A stretch of DNA of 64,000 bases from the human T2T-CHM13v2.0 reference genome, Homo sapiens. Both the position numbers and the translations under genes were made by a program. Every line of letters starts with the position of its first letter. Positions within the stretch are counted from its first letter, which is position 1. The notes beneath the pieces are model-generated. The model did not search any database. It worked only from the letters and a program-made list of their open reading frames with translations, and had not been told where the DNA came from. Of this stretch, positions 1 through 16,483 are shown in pieces. The stretch lies in assembly GCF_009914755.1 (NCBI RefSeq), contig NC_060925.1; one strand, written 5' to 3'.

Positions 1-95
1 GGCCAGGCTGGTCTCCAACTCCTGACCTCAAGTGACCCGCTTGCTATGGCCTCCCAAAATGCTGAGATTACAAGCGTGAGCCACCGCACCCAGCC
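1..95 (-). mobile_element. Alu, 5' portion, cut by window edge
   Basis: ggccaggctggtctc...gtgagccaccgcacccagcc is the reverse complement of the Alu left arm. Confidence 0.95.
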
Positions 96-945
96 CATCC
101 CTTCATCTTTTAAGGTTTTGATGGTGACTCTAACCTCCAAATACCCTCAGGAATGTGGCATCGCTTTTAGTTTATTATTTTTAGCGGGTGGGAAGATAAA
201 TAATGTCAGCTTCCCAGAGGCTTCCTCTTGGCCTTTCTCACCTTAATAGTTTTCATTCCATGGCACAGGGAACCAGTGTGGGATTCTCCCAGTTGCCATT
301 TATGTCTATTCCAGTTACACCTTCAGGTACTGGAGAAATAACCACGGACTCAGTCTCCGGGCTTGCTAGAGTCATTGTAAGACAGCTCAAGACAAGATTT
401 CATTTATCACCAGATCCTTGTAAGTCCCCACTCTGGCTGATGGACCATGGTGATTTTTAGGATCTCCAGAGATTAGCATCCCTTCAGAGTTAGTATCCAA
501 TAACCTCAGCAAGGTCTGCACATTTCCCTTGTCTTGTGCCCAGTCACCCTAGCAAATCGCCTGTCAGGTATCTCTGGGGAAGGCGTGGAGGAAATTTACA
601 GAGTCCCCTGTGGTCATATTTCAGGGCTCTTTCTTAAAGAGACCTGACCTCTCTCTAAGTCAAAGGATTCTAAGCTTGTGAACCGCCTTATCTTTGTGAA
701 CTAGGCGAAAAGTTTTTGGCTTTATGTCTGCCTGAGTCAGGTTTCTGTCCACCATAACTATGATTTTCCCAATTATATGGATCTATACTATCTAATGTGG
801 TAGCTGCTAGTCACATGTGGTCATTGAGCACTTGAAATGTGGCTAGCCCCAATTGAGATGTGCTTACATGGAAAATACACATTGGATTTCAAAGACCTAG
901 TACAAATAAATAATATAAAACATCTCATTAATAATGTTTTATATT

Positions 946-1556
<611 letters not shown>

Positions 1557-2623
1557 AATGTTTTATATTGATTACATGTTGAAATGATAACTCTTTAGAT
1601 ATGAGTTAAAATACATTATTAAAATTATCATCTCCTTTTTTAACTTTGTTAATGTGTCTACTAGAGAATTAAAATTTACAAATGTGGCTCACATTACATT
1701 TCTTTTGGGCTATGCTGATAAAGATCAGTTTGCTACTACCTATGATCAATGTGCTGCAACCATAAATCCATGTGGGACAAACAGTCTGATTACTGTTCTA
1801 TCTTTCTGTCTTATTGGAGTAACTGGGCCCACCTTGTCTCTGATAGTCAATCACTGTTTCTGATTGTCACTGTGAGTTCCTATTACTACAGTTAGTATTA
1901 CAGACTGTAATGTAATGGCAACATCTCATCTCACTGTCATCCCTAGTCTTTAGAAGCTACCACAGAACTTTTCAAAGATGCTGGTGTTCTTACTGATGAA
2001 TTTTTAAATATTTTGTAAGGGAAGTGTCCTCTGTGCCTTAGGGGATGGATTCAGCAGATTATATAATATATAATAGATACATTTCAATTTCCCACCTCAA
2101 CAAACTTCCAATTCTTTGATTCTTTCTACAATATGCTAGGGAAGTTCTGGCATACTCAGCCTCATTAGATGTAGGGCATTGTTATATCAAAGAGTGAATT
2201 ACTTAACCAGGCAAACTATTAGAGCCATTCCCAGCTGCTTAAGCTACATCTTGAATCCCAGGTGAATTCACCTATATTGCCAAATTTGATCCAATCCAGC
2301 TAGATTTCATCCTGCTTGGTCTACTACTCTTGGAATCTATTCCCAAACATGTTCACCAGGTTTCTGCTAATATAACAAAAAGACATTGTAATTCTTTTGG
2401 AGTATAACTATGTCCTTCTGGAGAAGATCTTTCATTTTTTTCCTCTAGGCCATAAGATTTCTCCTGGCCCTGGAGGCAATGAGATAAGGTGGGGCTAGGT
2501 CTTTAGGACAATAGACTGCCTCTTGCAAGGCAACTACCCTATGTGAAATAGAAAAGTCTATGCAAGGGACTACTTTCTCCAGTAAGGGTAATTCAGGGGC
2601 ACTTAGGGGGCCAATTATCTCAG

Positions 2624-2924
<301 letters not shown>

Positions 2925-3499
2925 AGGAATTTCAGTTTCATTTGTTTCATTCCAAATGTCCTCTTCCCAATCTCAGGGCCCAATTCTAGCACAGACTAAT
3001 GTTAGATAAGGTTGTACATTTAAGAGGCTTTACAAATCTTCAACCCCCACAATTATATCTTAGGCGTGACCCACAGCTTTGTCTTCCCTGAGGCTTCATG
3101 AGATAAGGAATTCCTATAAGGCCTCCGTAGAAACTTTCCGGTTCTACACCCATGTCTTGAGTTGCAAGTTCAAGGTTCAAAGCTTCTCTCTCTTTCTCTC
3201 TCTCTCTCTCTTTCAAACTCTCCAGCACAGTCAGAACTAGCCAGCCCATCCTGTAATTACTGTAATCACCTCTGACTGTTGCCATAACAGTGGTCACATA
3301 AAACTGCACCTTCCACTAGCTCTCCATCCTACATCACCATCAGTAATAATGTGAGTCATCTTAATGCTACTTCATGCCACACCATGTCCCATTTCCATCC
3401 ACCATAAGGTCATTTATGCCTTCATTACATAAGTGAGAAACCTAGTTCCCAAATCTCATTTTCAAGGTTGTTCCTAGGACCACTTCAGTTACCAACTAT

Positions 3500-3975
3500 T
3501 GCATTAGTCAGGGTCTCAGCAGGAAGCAGCATCTACACCAGATGGTTTAGATAAAGATATCTTAATGAAGAGCTATCACAGAGGCATGAGCAAGGTTAAG
3601 GGGGCAAATGTGGGATGTTAAGGAACTAATGGCTTAGCAACTGTGTGAAGCCATCACTACTTCAAGGGCTGAGAGCAGAAGCAAATAATGTCACCAAAGG
3701 AAGAAGTCAGATGTAGAGTCATGAAGGAAGAGACACAGGGCAGGAGTTGCAGTCCATGGAGGGTCACAGCCACCGCCAGAGATGTAATATACATGCAGGG
3801 AAGAACTACTCCAACCTCACTGCCAAAAACAATCGGAAGCTGGAAGACAAAGGAGCCTAGGCAGTGCGTTCCAGAAAAAGGGCGAGTATCCTGGGCCACA
3901 AGCAGCATAAAGAAGGGCTGAGAATGCATTTCAGGTAGGAGGGAAAAAGCTCTCCAGCTCTCCAGGTATGGCACT
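3500..3975 (-). mobile_element. LTR33-like ERVL LTR, the 5' LTR of the provirus to its left
   Basis: tgcattagtcagggtctcagcaggaagcag...cttaatgaagagctatcacagagg resembles reverse-complement LTR33; directly adjoins the ERVL internal start. Confidence 0.65.
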
Positions 3976-4414
3976 ATACATGAACCATGTCCCTTAATCC
4001 TTCTAACCTAATATTAATAAGGCATAAACTATTATTATCCCCATTTTACGGATGAGGACATACGCTCAGAGAATAGCTTGCTCAAGATTATACAAATAGT
4101 CAATGGTGGGGCTGCAACTTGACCTGGGCAATTTGAACTTTAGTTTTTGTATCATGCTGAATGAGATGAGTTAGGCTAGAGTAGAGGGTTCCACTAGAGG
4201 AGAAGTGAAGACATTTGGGGCCAAAGCATGGAAGACTTGAAATCTGCTCTAAGGAATTCTGTAGCTTTCTCTCCAAGTTGTAGGCAGGTACCACAACTGT
4301 TCTGCAGTGCTTAATCAAGCCCTGCAGGAATTAGAAAATTTATTCACCTTTGCTGCTGCTTCTTAGTAACCTGGTCCAGAGAGTCAGCCTTGAAGAACCT
4401 GCCTTGTGCTCCTG

Positions 4415-4688
4415 AGTGTGGAAGATGTTGGCTGTTTGTGCTCCCCATTATCCATATCCTTTTATGGAGTAAGTATGCTATCATATTACTCTGGGGGAGC
4501 CTCCACCATTCCTCTTGGGTCATGAGTTTTGGGTTGAGGTCCTAAGCAAGTCAGCATATTGCATTTTCCTCAGTGACAATGATTGGCCCAAAGATGGATC
4601 CAAGCTCCTCAGGAGGCTGAGGCAGGAGGACTGGTTGAGCCCAGGAATTCAAGACCAGCCTGGAGAAAATAGCAAGACCCTGTCTCAG

Positions 4689-4727
<39 letters not shown>

Positions 4728-5045
4728 ATACGGTGGGCATATGACTCAAGTCAGGCCAAAAGGAGCCAAGAAAAGTCAATTCCTAGAACTTCATCAGAGT
4801 AATAATCATCTGAAAAGAATTTGGGGTATGGCTTTTACTGCCAGATTTCTATAGATGAAGCCAAGACTGAAGCCAACACAGAAGAAAGGCGAACTGAGAC
4901 ATGACCCACGTCACATCCCTATAACAGGCTTGAGCCTTCATCCAGCCATAGCCACATCCTGGCAGATCCCTGGACTTTTTGTTACGTAAGCCATCAATTC
5001 AGTTTTTTTGCTTATGACAGTTTTTTGCCTTTTGTAATCATAAGG
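4415..5045 (+). mobile_element. Old MLT1-type MaLR LTR containing an Alu monomer and (TAAA)n at 4612-4730
   Basis: gattggccca...atgactcaagtcaggcca...cctggactttttgttacgtaagccatcaattc is typical of late MLT1 LTRs. Confidence 0.55.
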
Positions 5046-6463
5046 CAAATGTGGCAAGGTGAGCAGCTGGCCCCACCTTCTCCAGAAAGTGCTCCAATAT
5101 TTCCCTTTATCCCACAGATTCTATAAGCCTGAGGAGTGAGTCCCAAGATGGAAGAAACCTATGTGATGGCAGAGGGTGAGACGCCCCGGAGAAGAGGAAT
5201 ATATCCCCTGGGATGAGAGACAAGATAAACGCTTGAATCAACACACTCCTCCACAGAGGTATATTTAGTAAACTTTTTTCCTCACAGGGCTTGAAAGATC
5301 AAAATTGCTTTTTAAAAAATAATAAAAAGAAGCAGCCACTGTGGTTTCTTTTGACACCAGCCCAATTTCGTGCCTGTCACAATACTTCCAAATAACATGT
5401 GTAAGACTTCGCTGGGCTGTCTCTTTTTCCATGAAACCCAAAGCAAAAAACAACAACAAAAGTCTGCAGTTCCAGCTGCACAATAACGTTTGGTCAGAGG
5501 CTTCCTGAGACCTCTAACATTCCTGGATGGTTTATAGGACCTGATGTTTTCCCTGCAACTGCAAAATATCTTTGCACAGATAAATTGTGGGCTAACAGTA
5601 TGAACCCACACTGACAGCCTAAACTCCCAGATTCATAATTTAGTGCCCTTGGAGAGCCTCCAAAATCTACCTGGTCCATATTTATACCTAGAAAATATAG
5701 AGGCCATCAGAATCTTCCTCATGGAAGACAGAGCCATTGGGCTACTGAACTTAACGTTTCACTGTAGCCCTCAAAGACTTCCTGCTCCACCCCACTTCCC
5801 ACCCTATTCCCCTCCGTGCAAAAATACTCCCCAAAATAGCTATATTCTCCTGCACTCTCGGTTTCTTTCTTCTAGGCACAAAAGTATATCTTCCAGAAAA
5901 AAAGTGTATCTTGTCTTATGCCAAATTTGCCCTTCTATTTGTAGTTTTGATCCTATTTTACACTGAGGACTTGGTCTTCAGTTACTCATTTTCTCTAATT
6001 TTTAAAACAAAGTATTTAATCAGCTTCATGGAAGTATAATTTACATACAGCAAAATGCAACCATTTTAACAAATGGGTGAGTTTTGGCAAATGAATACAT
6101 CTGTCTAACACTTAGCACCACAATCAAGATATAGAACAGTTCCATCACCCCAAAAAGCTGCCTCATGCAATCAATTCTCCTTCAAATCTGCCCCCCACTT
6201 CTCAGTAACCACTGCTGGGGTGTTAGAGATCTGTCCTCCATCATTATAGATTAGTTTGTGCTTTAAGAGAATGTCACATAAATGGAATAATACAATATGT
6301 AGTTTTTTATGTTTGACTTCTTTTGCTCAGCATAGTGCTTTTGAAATGCATCATATTGTGTATGTCAGTAGTTCACCCTTTTTATTGCCAAGTGGTATTC
6401 CATTGTATAGATATGCTACAATTTATTTATTTTTAACTCTGCATATTTACAGGGTACAGTGTG

Positions 6464-6765
<302 letters not shown>

Positions 6766-7242
6766 TACAGTGTGATATTTTAATACATGTATACGACGTG
6801 TAAAGATCGAATCAGGGTAATTAGCATATCCATCACCTTAAACATTTATCATTTCTTTGTGTTAGGAACATTTAAAATCTTCTCTTCTAGCTATCTGAAA
6901 ATATACAATTAGTTGTGGTTAAATAGTCATTCTACAGTACTCTAGAACACTATAACATACTCCTCCTAGATAGCTGTCATGCTATAACTTTTAACCAACC
7001 TTTGGCTATTCCCCTCACCCACCCCTACTTTACCCCTACCTCTGGTAACCACTCTACTTCTATGAGATCAACTTTTTTAGCTTCCACATATAAGTGAGAA
7101 CATGTGCTATTTATCTTTCTGTGCCTGACTTATTTCACTTAACATAATGTACTACAAGCTTATCCATGTTGCTGTGAAATGACAGCATTTCATTCTTTTC
7201 TATGGCTAAATAGTATTCCATTGGGTATATATACCCCATTTT

Positions 7243-8298
7243 ATTTTTTATTTTCTTTTATTTTATATTACTTTAAGTTCTGGGATACATGTGCAGAACG
7301 TGCAGGTTTGTTACATAGGTATACACGTGCCATGGTTCTTTGTTGCACCTATCAACCCATCATCTAGGTTTTAAGCCCCGCATGCATTAGGTATCTGTCC
7401 TAATGCTCTCCCTCCCCTTGCCCCCACCGACAGGCCCCAGTGTGTGTTGCTCCCCTCCCTGTGTCCATGGGTTCTCATTGTTCAACTCCCACTTATGAGT
7501 GAGAACATGCGACATTTGGTTTTCTGTTCCTGTGTTAATTTGCTGAGGATGATGGCTTCCAGCTTCATCCATGTCCCTGCAAAGGACATGATCTCATTCT
7601 TTTTTATGGCTGCATACTATTCCGTGGTGTATATGTACCACATTTTCTTTATCCAGTCTATCTTTGATGGGCATTTGGGTTGGTTCCATGTCTTTGCTAT
7701 TGTAAATAGTGGTGTAATAAACGTACATGTGCATGTGTCTTTATAGTAGAATGATTTATATTCCTTTGGGTATATACTCAGTAATGGAATTGCTGGTCAA
7801 ATAGTATTTCTGGTGTTATATCCCTCAGGAATCACCACACTGTCTTCCACAATGGTTGAACTAATTTGCATTCCCACCAATAGTGTAAAAGTGTTCCTGT
7901 TTCTTCACAGCCTCGCCAGCATCTATTGTTTCTTGACTTTTTAATAATCGCCGTTCTGATTGGCATGAGATGGTATCTCATTGTGGTTTTGATTTGCATT
8001 TCTCTAATGATCAATGATGATGAGCTTTTTTCCTATGTTTGTTGGCCGCATAAATGTCTTCTTTTGAGAAGTGTCTGTTCATATCCTTTGCCCACTTTTT
8101 GATGGGGTTTTTTTTTCTTGTAAATTTGTTTAAGTTCCTTGTTGATTCTAGATATTAGACCTTTTTTAGATGACCTTTGTTAGATGGGTAGATTGCAAAA
8201 ATTTTCTCCCATTCTGTAGGTTGCCTATTCACTCTGATCCTAGTTTCTTTTGCTGTGCAGAAGCTCTTTAGTTTAATTAGATCCCATTTGTCAATTTT
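7243..8298 (-). mobile_element. L1PA (about PA7-PA10) 5'-truncated 3' end
   Basis: Antisense L1 3' UTR plus ORF2 C-terminus (ORF track: IKTTMRYHL..., [17 protein letters not shown]); TSD TATATACC(C/A)CATTTT. Confidence 0.9.
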
Positions 8299-8432
8299 TA
8301 TATACCACATTTTCTTCATCCATTCATCTGCTAATGGACACAAGTTGATTCCATATCTTAGCTATTGTGAATAGTGCTGCAATAACCAGGGGAGTGCAAA
8401 CATCTTTTAACATACTGGTTTCCTTTCCTTTG

Positions 8433-8506
8433 TTTTCTTTTTCTTTTTGTTTTTTTCTTTTTAAGGGACACAGCCTCAGGAAGTCCTGACAACCTGTGCC
8501 CAAGGT
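8433..8506 (-). mobile_element. Short polyadenylated retrocopy of a MER4-group LTR fragment
   Basis: T-rich tail plus rc ACCTTGGGCACAGGTTGTCAGGACTTCCTGAGGCTGTGTC; TSD CCTTTCCTTTG at 8422-8432 and 8512-8522. Confidence 0.65.
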
Positions 8507-8715
8507 ATTCCCCTTTCCTTTGAATATATACCCAACTAGTGGGATTGCTGGATCGATATGTCACAATTTACTTATCTATGTATCTGTTGATGGACATTTG
8601 GGTTGTTTTCAGCATATACAATCTTTGTGTGACCACTTTTACGTTTCTCTTGTAGAAATACCTAGAAGTGGAATTTTGAATCATATGGTAAGTGTATATT
8701 TACTTTGTAAGAACC

Positions 8716-9104
<389 letters not shown>

Positions 9105-9450
9105 CTAACCAGCACTCAGTATTATCAGTCTTTTTAACTTTTGCCATCTTATAGATCTGTAGCAGTATCTCTTGCGGTTTTAATTTTCATTTCCCTAATA
9201 ACTAAAGATGTTGTGCATCTTTTCATGTGCTCTTGACCATTTGTATCCTCTTTATTCAAATCTTTTGCACATTTTTTTGTTCTCCTATGATTGAGTTGCA
9301 TTAGTGTTTTGTGATACGTATTTGAGAGTATGTATAAATATGACAATATATTTATATGAAAATATATAAATATTTTCAGTATTTGTATTATATACATATG
9401 TCTTCATTTATGTTTGTTTCCATTTTCTTAACAGTATCTTTCAAAGGGCA

Positions 9451-10160
<710 letters not shown>

Positions 10161-10749
10161 GAGCACAATTTAATTTTTATGAAGTCTAATTTGTCTCTCT
10201 TATATTTTAACTTTTGCTGGTTCCTTCCCTTCAGCATAGAAACACATTCCAGTCTTGTCCAATATCTAACAAAACTAAGCCAAACAAAAACAAGATAACC
10301 ACCTCCTCCAAAAGCCCTTTATTGAACTCATATCCCTTTCCAGCTACTGGCATGTCCTCTTTCCTCCTTTCACAGCCAAACAGCTCAAAGGAAAAGTCAC
10401 CTTTTACTGTCTGGACATCTTCTAAAACCTCATTCCATCTTGAACCCACTCTCACCACTCCACTGCAAAATTGGCAGAGTCTTTTTAGACTCAGAAGTAT
10501 AGCCGTGTTCTAACATCTAGGGAAGCAAGTGTATACAAATATTACCACCCTTGGTTTGCAAGGGCAGGGCTGAGAGCAAGGCTGGACAGAGGTGGGGCTT
10601 GTGCAGTTGGGTGGTGGGGACTGGAGAAGCCCTTTGACTACTTTCTCTTCATGTTTCAGAATCTTGCTTTCTCTTGGTTTCTTCTCATATCCTTTGTTGC
10701 TGTCTATATAATCATCTCATCAACACATTAACTTAAAAATGATTGATGA

Positions 10750-10855
10750 AGGCTGGGTGTTGTTTGACAGACCAAGGCAGGAGGATCATCTGACGTGAGA
10801 AATTCAAGATCTTCCTGGGAAACATAGCAAGGTTCCAAATCTAAAAAAAAAAAGA
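10750..10855 (+). mobile_element. Alu monomer (FLAM/FAM-like)
   Basis: Diverged left arm plus A-tail. Confidence 0.6.
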
Positions 10856-11427
10856 TGAGGAGTTACCTATGGAGATGCACTTGATGAGGATGATCTTTCC
10901 CTGCTTCCACTGCTTCCTCCCAGCCCTTTGGCTTCACAAGCCCACCACTCTATTCCCACCCACTCCATCAAGTAGACTTCAGGTCTCATCTTTCCTGTCT
11001 TCCCTACAGTGCTGGTCAGTGTCAACTACTCTCTTATTCTCTGTCACCTCCTCCTTCTTGCCTAGAAACACATATTGAGTACCTATTGTGCAATAGCTCA
11101 ATGACAAAAAATATTCACCAGATTATGTATCTGATGATGAGAGACACAGATCCTGCTCTCAGGAAGCTCATGTCCTAGTTGGTGAGCCATCTTTCACCAT
11201 AGTATGATATACAAGGGTGCAGAGGAGTAGCACCCAAGTCAGTTTAAGGGCATTAAGGCATTACAGGAGCTCCAAGCACTGGGAACAGCACCTTCAAAAG
11301 TGTGTGAATGCAAGTGTAAAATAAATCAAGTGTGAGAGAGCAAGGCATCTACAGAAAACAGTTCTGATGGGTGGGGCTTAGGGAACTGGTGGGAAGTGGC
11401 ACAGGATGTTAAGAATAGCACTGCCTT

Positions 11428-11856
11428 TGTATCACAGAAGTGCCTATCTATCCACCAAAATCCAATCTCCTAGAGATGGCTGGACTACTGGACCATTCCC
11501 CAGCCTCCCTTGTTATTAGGTGGAGACACATGGCTATGTTATCATCAATGGGTTGAGAGCAAAAGTGGTATGTGTCACTTCTGAGCCAGGGCTTTTTAAG
11601 AGAGTGAGTGTGCCTCCTTCTTGCTCTCTTTCACATTTGAGAGCTGGATAGAGACAAAAACAAGGCCCTAAGGAGACGGTGGAGCCATAAAATGAGAACA
11701 GTTCAGATTCCCGAATGACTTTGTGGAGCAGAGCTTCATTGCAAACCTGAACAACTGGCCAATATTGTTACATGAACAATGAAACTTCTAATGTGTTAAG
11801 CGTGGAAAGTTTTAAGTCACTTTTGTTGTTTCAGTATAACCTACCCTATCTAATAC
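11428..11856 (+). mobile_element. MLT1-type MaLR LTR
   Basis: ttccccagcctcccttgttattaggtggagacacatgg...aaacttctaatgtgttaagc...ctaataca. Confidence 0.65.
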
Positions 11857-13030
11857 ATTCTGATTATGGTGCATTTGTGAAAACTTTATAAAAATAAATA
11901 TATATATGTATATATTTAAAAATTGAGTGAAATATACCAAAATGTTAGTAATGATGGTTGTCTGTGGGTGGTGAAATTATGGGTGGATTTTATTTTCTTT
12001 CCAGTTTTCTGCCTTTTCCAAATTTGCTACAATGAGCAGTATTGTTTACAGTCATGACAAATGTAAGTTCTCTAAATTTACAGAGTTAAGAAAGTTACAG
12101 AGTTAAGAAAGAATCTCATTAATGGAAGCATATAGATATCTATTCAAGTAGTAGATTTAAGGGTAGAAAAAAAAAACAGAGGAAAAGGCAAGAGAGCAAT
12201 TCAGTTCCACATGTATTGAGGACCTAGTCCTGTAAAGACAAAGAGTAGGGACACAACAATGAAAAGCTCCCAGTCCTTGCCTCTCCTGGATTCTTACTCT
12301 CCAGCCCCCAAGCCCAAAACATCACTCCACCCCATGACACGCCTTGTTGCTGCTGGTGGGTGGCAGGGAGGAAGGTTTTCTTTTAGCTTCCTTTGTGTTT
12401 TCCTTCACATAGTTTAGGGAGGCTGAAAATACACATGAAGTTGACAGAGAGAGATGGGGGGACCAGAAGATGGAGAAATGAGAACCAGGTGTTGGAAAGG
12501 GGAACGCTGGTGGGGCTTTACAGATGGAACACACACTTCCTGTCCCTCCCACTTCCTTCCTAAAATTTACTACTCCCTTGGCTTCTGTGAGAACACAAAT
12601 TCCTAATTATCCTTCTATCCCTCTGGCCACAGGCTGCTTTTTCTCTGTCATATTCTTGGTTCCTCAAGAATCCATCTGAGGTCTCTTCTCTTCTCACACT
12701 GCCTTCTGAAGGGGTCTCATCATGCCAACGTCACCCCACGTCTGTCCTCCAGCTTAGCAACAAGTCCAGATGGAAAACTGCCTCAGCGGCAACACAATGA
12801 AATTCCACCACCTCCCTCCCTCCTTCCTACCCGTAAGCCTAGCTCACCACCATTTTATCCAACCCCAAAGAAACCTAGGTGTTATCCTCAATCTTCATCC
12901 CTCTCCTCCACTGATTACCAAGTCTGTTCCTTATATTTCTTTAAGATCTTTTGAAAGCACCTAGTTCCCTTCATCCCCACTGCCATGGCATCTATTCAAG
13001 GCACATCATCTCTTGTGTGAATTTCTATAA

Positions 13031-13364
<334 letters not shown>

Positions 13365-13380
13365 AAAAGTTTCAGTGGCT

Positions 13381-13749
13381 CACATATACACCATGGAATA
13401 CTATGCAGCCATAAAAAATGATGAGTTCATGTCCTTTGTAGGGACATGGATGAAGCTGGAAGCCATCATTCTCAGCAAACTATCGCAAGGACAAAAAACC
13501 AAACACCGCATGTTCTCACTCATAGGTGGGAATTGAACAATGAGAACACGTGGACACAGGAAGGGGAACATCACACACCGGGGCCTGTTGTGGGGTGGGG
13601 GGACGGGGGAGGGATAGCATTAGGAGATATACCTAACGTTAAATGACGAATTAATGGGTGCAGCACACCAACATGGCACATGTATACATATGTAACTAAC
13701 CTGCACGTTGTGCACGTGTACCCTAAAACTTAAAGTATAATAAAAAAAA
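13381..13749 (+). mobile_element. L1PA4-like 5'-truncated L1 (about 370 bp)
   Basis: L1 3' UTR with gttaaatgacgaattaatgggtgcagcacacc and a short A-tail; perfect TSD AAAAGTTTCAGTGGCT at 13365-13380 and 13746-13761. Confidence 0.95.
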
Positions 13750-13844
13750 GTTTCAGTGGCTCTAAATTGCACTCAATATAACTTCTAAGCTCCTTAACCT
13801 GTCTTTCCGGACCACCTGTGGAAGTATTTTGGTCAATAAGCACG

Positions 13845-14000
13845 TGGGCTCTGGAGTGTACCACCTACCAGCTTATGTAACCAATCAGCGACTTAACTTC
13901 TCTGAGCCTCAGTTTCTTGTCTGCAAAATGGGGATAATATTGTGGGGCTGTTGGAGGATTAACTGAGACGTGCAAATTGCCTAGCAAGGTACTTGGACCA
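13845..14000 (+). mobile_element. MIR
   Basis: acttaacttctctgagcctcagtttcttgtctgcaaaatggggataat is the MIR core. Confidence 0.75.
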
Positions 14001-14334
14001 AGGCACAAGAAAAAGGTGGAAAGAGGTGGAGAGAGGAAGCTTTTGAAGGAAGAGGAGAAGAAAACAAGAGAAAAAGATCAATAGAGTTTGAGGAAAGAGT
14101 TGGACAAGAGGGAGAAAGAAGATTAGAGGAGGGATGTCTAAATGGAGGTAAAGAAAATGGGAAGAAAAAAATGTCGAAGGAGGAGCTACCTTTCCGAGGG
14201 AAAACAGCCCTTCTCAGGATGAAAGGGGACTGTGAAGTCTGGGAGCATTTAGTATGATAATTAGGGCTGCCGAGCCTGGGGTGGATGTGGGTGAGGGCTG
14301 TCCTGGCGTGGGTCCTATCTCAGGGCTGGACCAG

Positions 14335-14352
14335 TTCCGCTAGGGGGCAGTG
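14335..14352 (+). promoter_or_regulatory. CTCF motif, forward orientation
   Basis: CCGCTAGGGGGCAG matches the core CCRSYAGRKGGCRS. Confidence 0.6.
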
Positions 14353-15093
14353 TGGAGCTCTTGCTCTTTGGCGGTAAGTAATTCACCTTCTTCTCCCTGA
14401 GGGTGCTGGGGAAACAGCCTCCGTTGATGTCAAGTCACTCGGATAGATTCTGCTACTTGTTATTTGAGGGATAGGACAGGCATCGAGCTTTCTGGAGATT
14501 AATTTTTGATTTATTGGTGGTAACAATGATTTATTCTGATACACCCCCAGGGCAAAGAAAGGGCTGTAAATATTTTAAAAGCTGTTAGTCGGTGACAAGA
14601 AACATCACCGCTTAGGGAGTAGGGCAGGTGAGAATTTCCAATGCCTTCCCTAAATTACTTAAAGGCAAACTGTGAACGCTTGCTAGCTTGTTTAAGACAG
14701 AGGCTGGGGGAGGGGGTGAGAAACATATTAAATTATTATCTTATTAACTCAGACAACATCTTATGTTTTCTCCGCAGAGTCCATTTGCTTTCCCGACAAA
14801 CTGCATTGGATTGGATTTCACAGGCTGCTGAGGCAATGCAAGGAGACAGCTTTCAGACTCCTGGAGAGAGGAGGCTGCAGGAGCGTGATCAGGACAACAG
14901 CCACGTGGCCCATGCTCTCCAGCAACACCCAAGGAGCCCAGGATTCAGAGCAGGGCCGGTGGTGGGGAAAGCCCTGAACGAGAATCCCACACTGGCTGCA
15001 TGACCTCAGATGAGGCACCTTGACCCTGAATCTCAGTTTCCCTACCTGTAAAATAGGATGATAATTTTTGCTGGTGTGGCAGAGTGGAAACTA

Positions 15094-15492
<399 letters not shown>

Positions 15493-15684
15493 TCATATCA
15501 GCCCTGATTGCCAGGAAGAAGAGAGGTGACGATTTCCTCTCACATAGTAAGGAAATTGTGGCTCAGCGATAAACTCCAGCTAGCTTGGGGAGTGAGAGGA
15601 ATGCCAGGAGTCAGTCGTGGGTGATGGGCAGCGCCGGGCTCTCTAGGAGCTCCTGTGGTCGTCTGGCTTTATCCCTCCTCAAAG

Positions 15685-15860
15685 AGCTGGGAGTAGGGGA
15701 GTGAGGCACTTGCCTCAGGCATGCAAAATGTAAGGGGGTGCCAAAAAACTCAGTGATCAAGATAAATAATATCTTAATGTGATATTTTTAAAAATCAAAA
15801 TTGGTGCAAAAAATCCATAATGAACAAAATATCTAATTTTTAAATAAAGATAAGATCAAT
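15685..15860. mobile_element. Probable hAT (Tip100-group) DNA transposon fragment
   Basis: gtgaggcacttgcctcagg...aagggggtgccaaaaaactcag resembles recalled hAT ends; family uncertain. Confidence 0.45.
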
Positions 15861-16158
15861 CCTTATCTCATAACACAAGCTGTCTCTTCTGCCTGAGCAC
15901 AGAGGCAGGAATGCCCTGGGATGGAGGAAATACTGCGTGGGACTCCATATTGGGGTTTTATTCATCTTGGCCTCTCAGTTCAGGGGGTGACTCTTTTTTT
16001 TCTCTGACCTCCAGCTTTCCCACCAGAGGCAGGAGAGCCAAGCAATCTGCCCTTAGGCTCTGGAGTAAGGTAAAGCTGGATGTTAATCCCTGCTCCATTA
16101 CTTATTAGCTAGGGGACCTTTGGATAGTAGCTTGGAATAGTGGCTTAACATCCTGTAA

Positions 16159-16483
<325 letters not shown>

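Noticed and set aside
12078-12111. Short tandem duplication TTACAGAGTTAAGAAAG (similar cases near 16484-16527 and 62978-63005)
   Set aside because: Ordinary slippage micro-duplications with no sign of function
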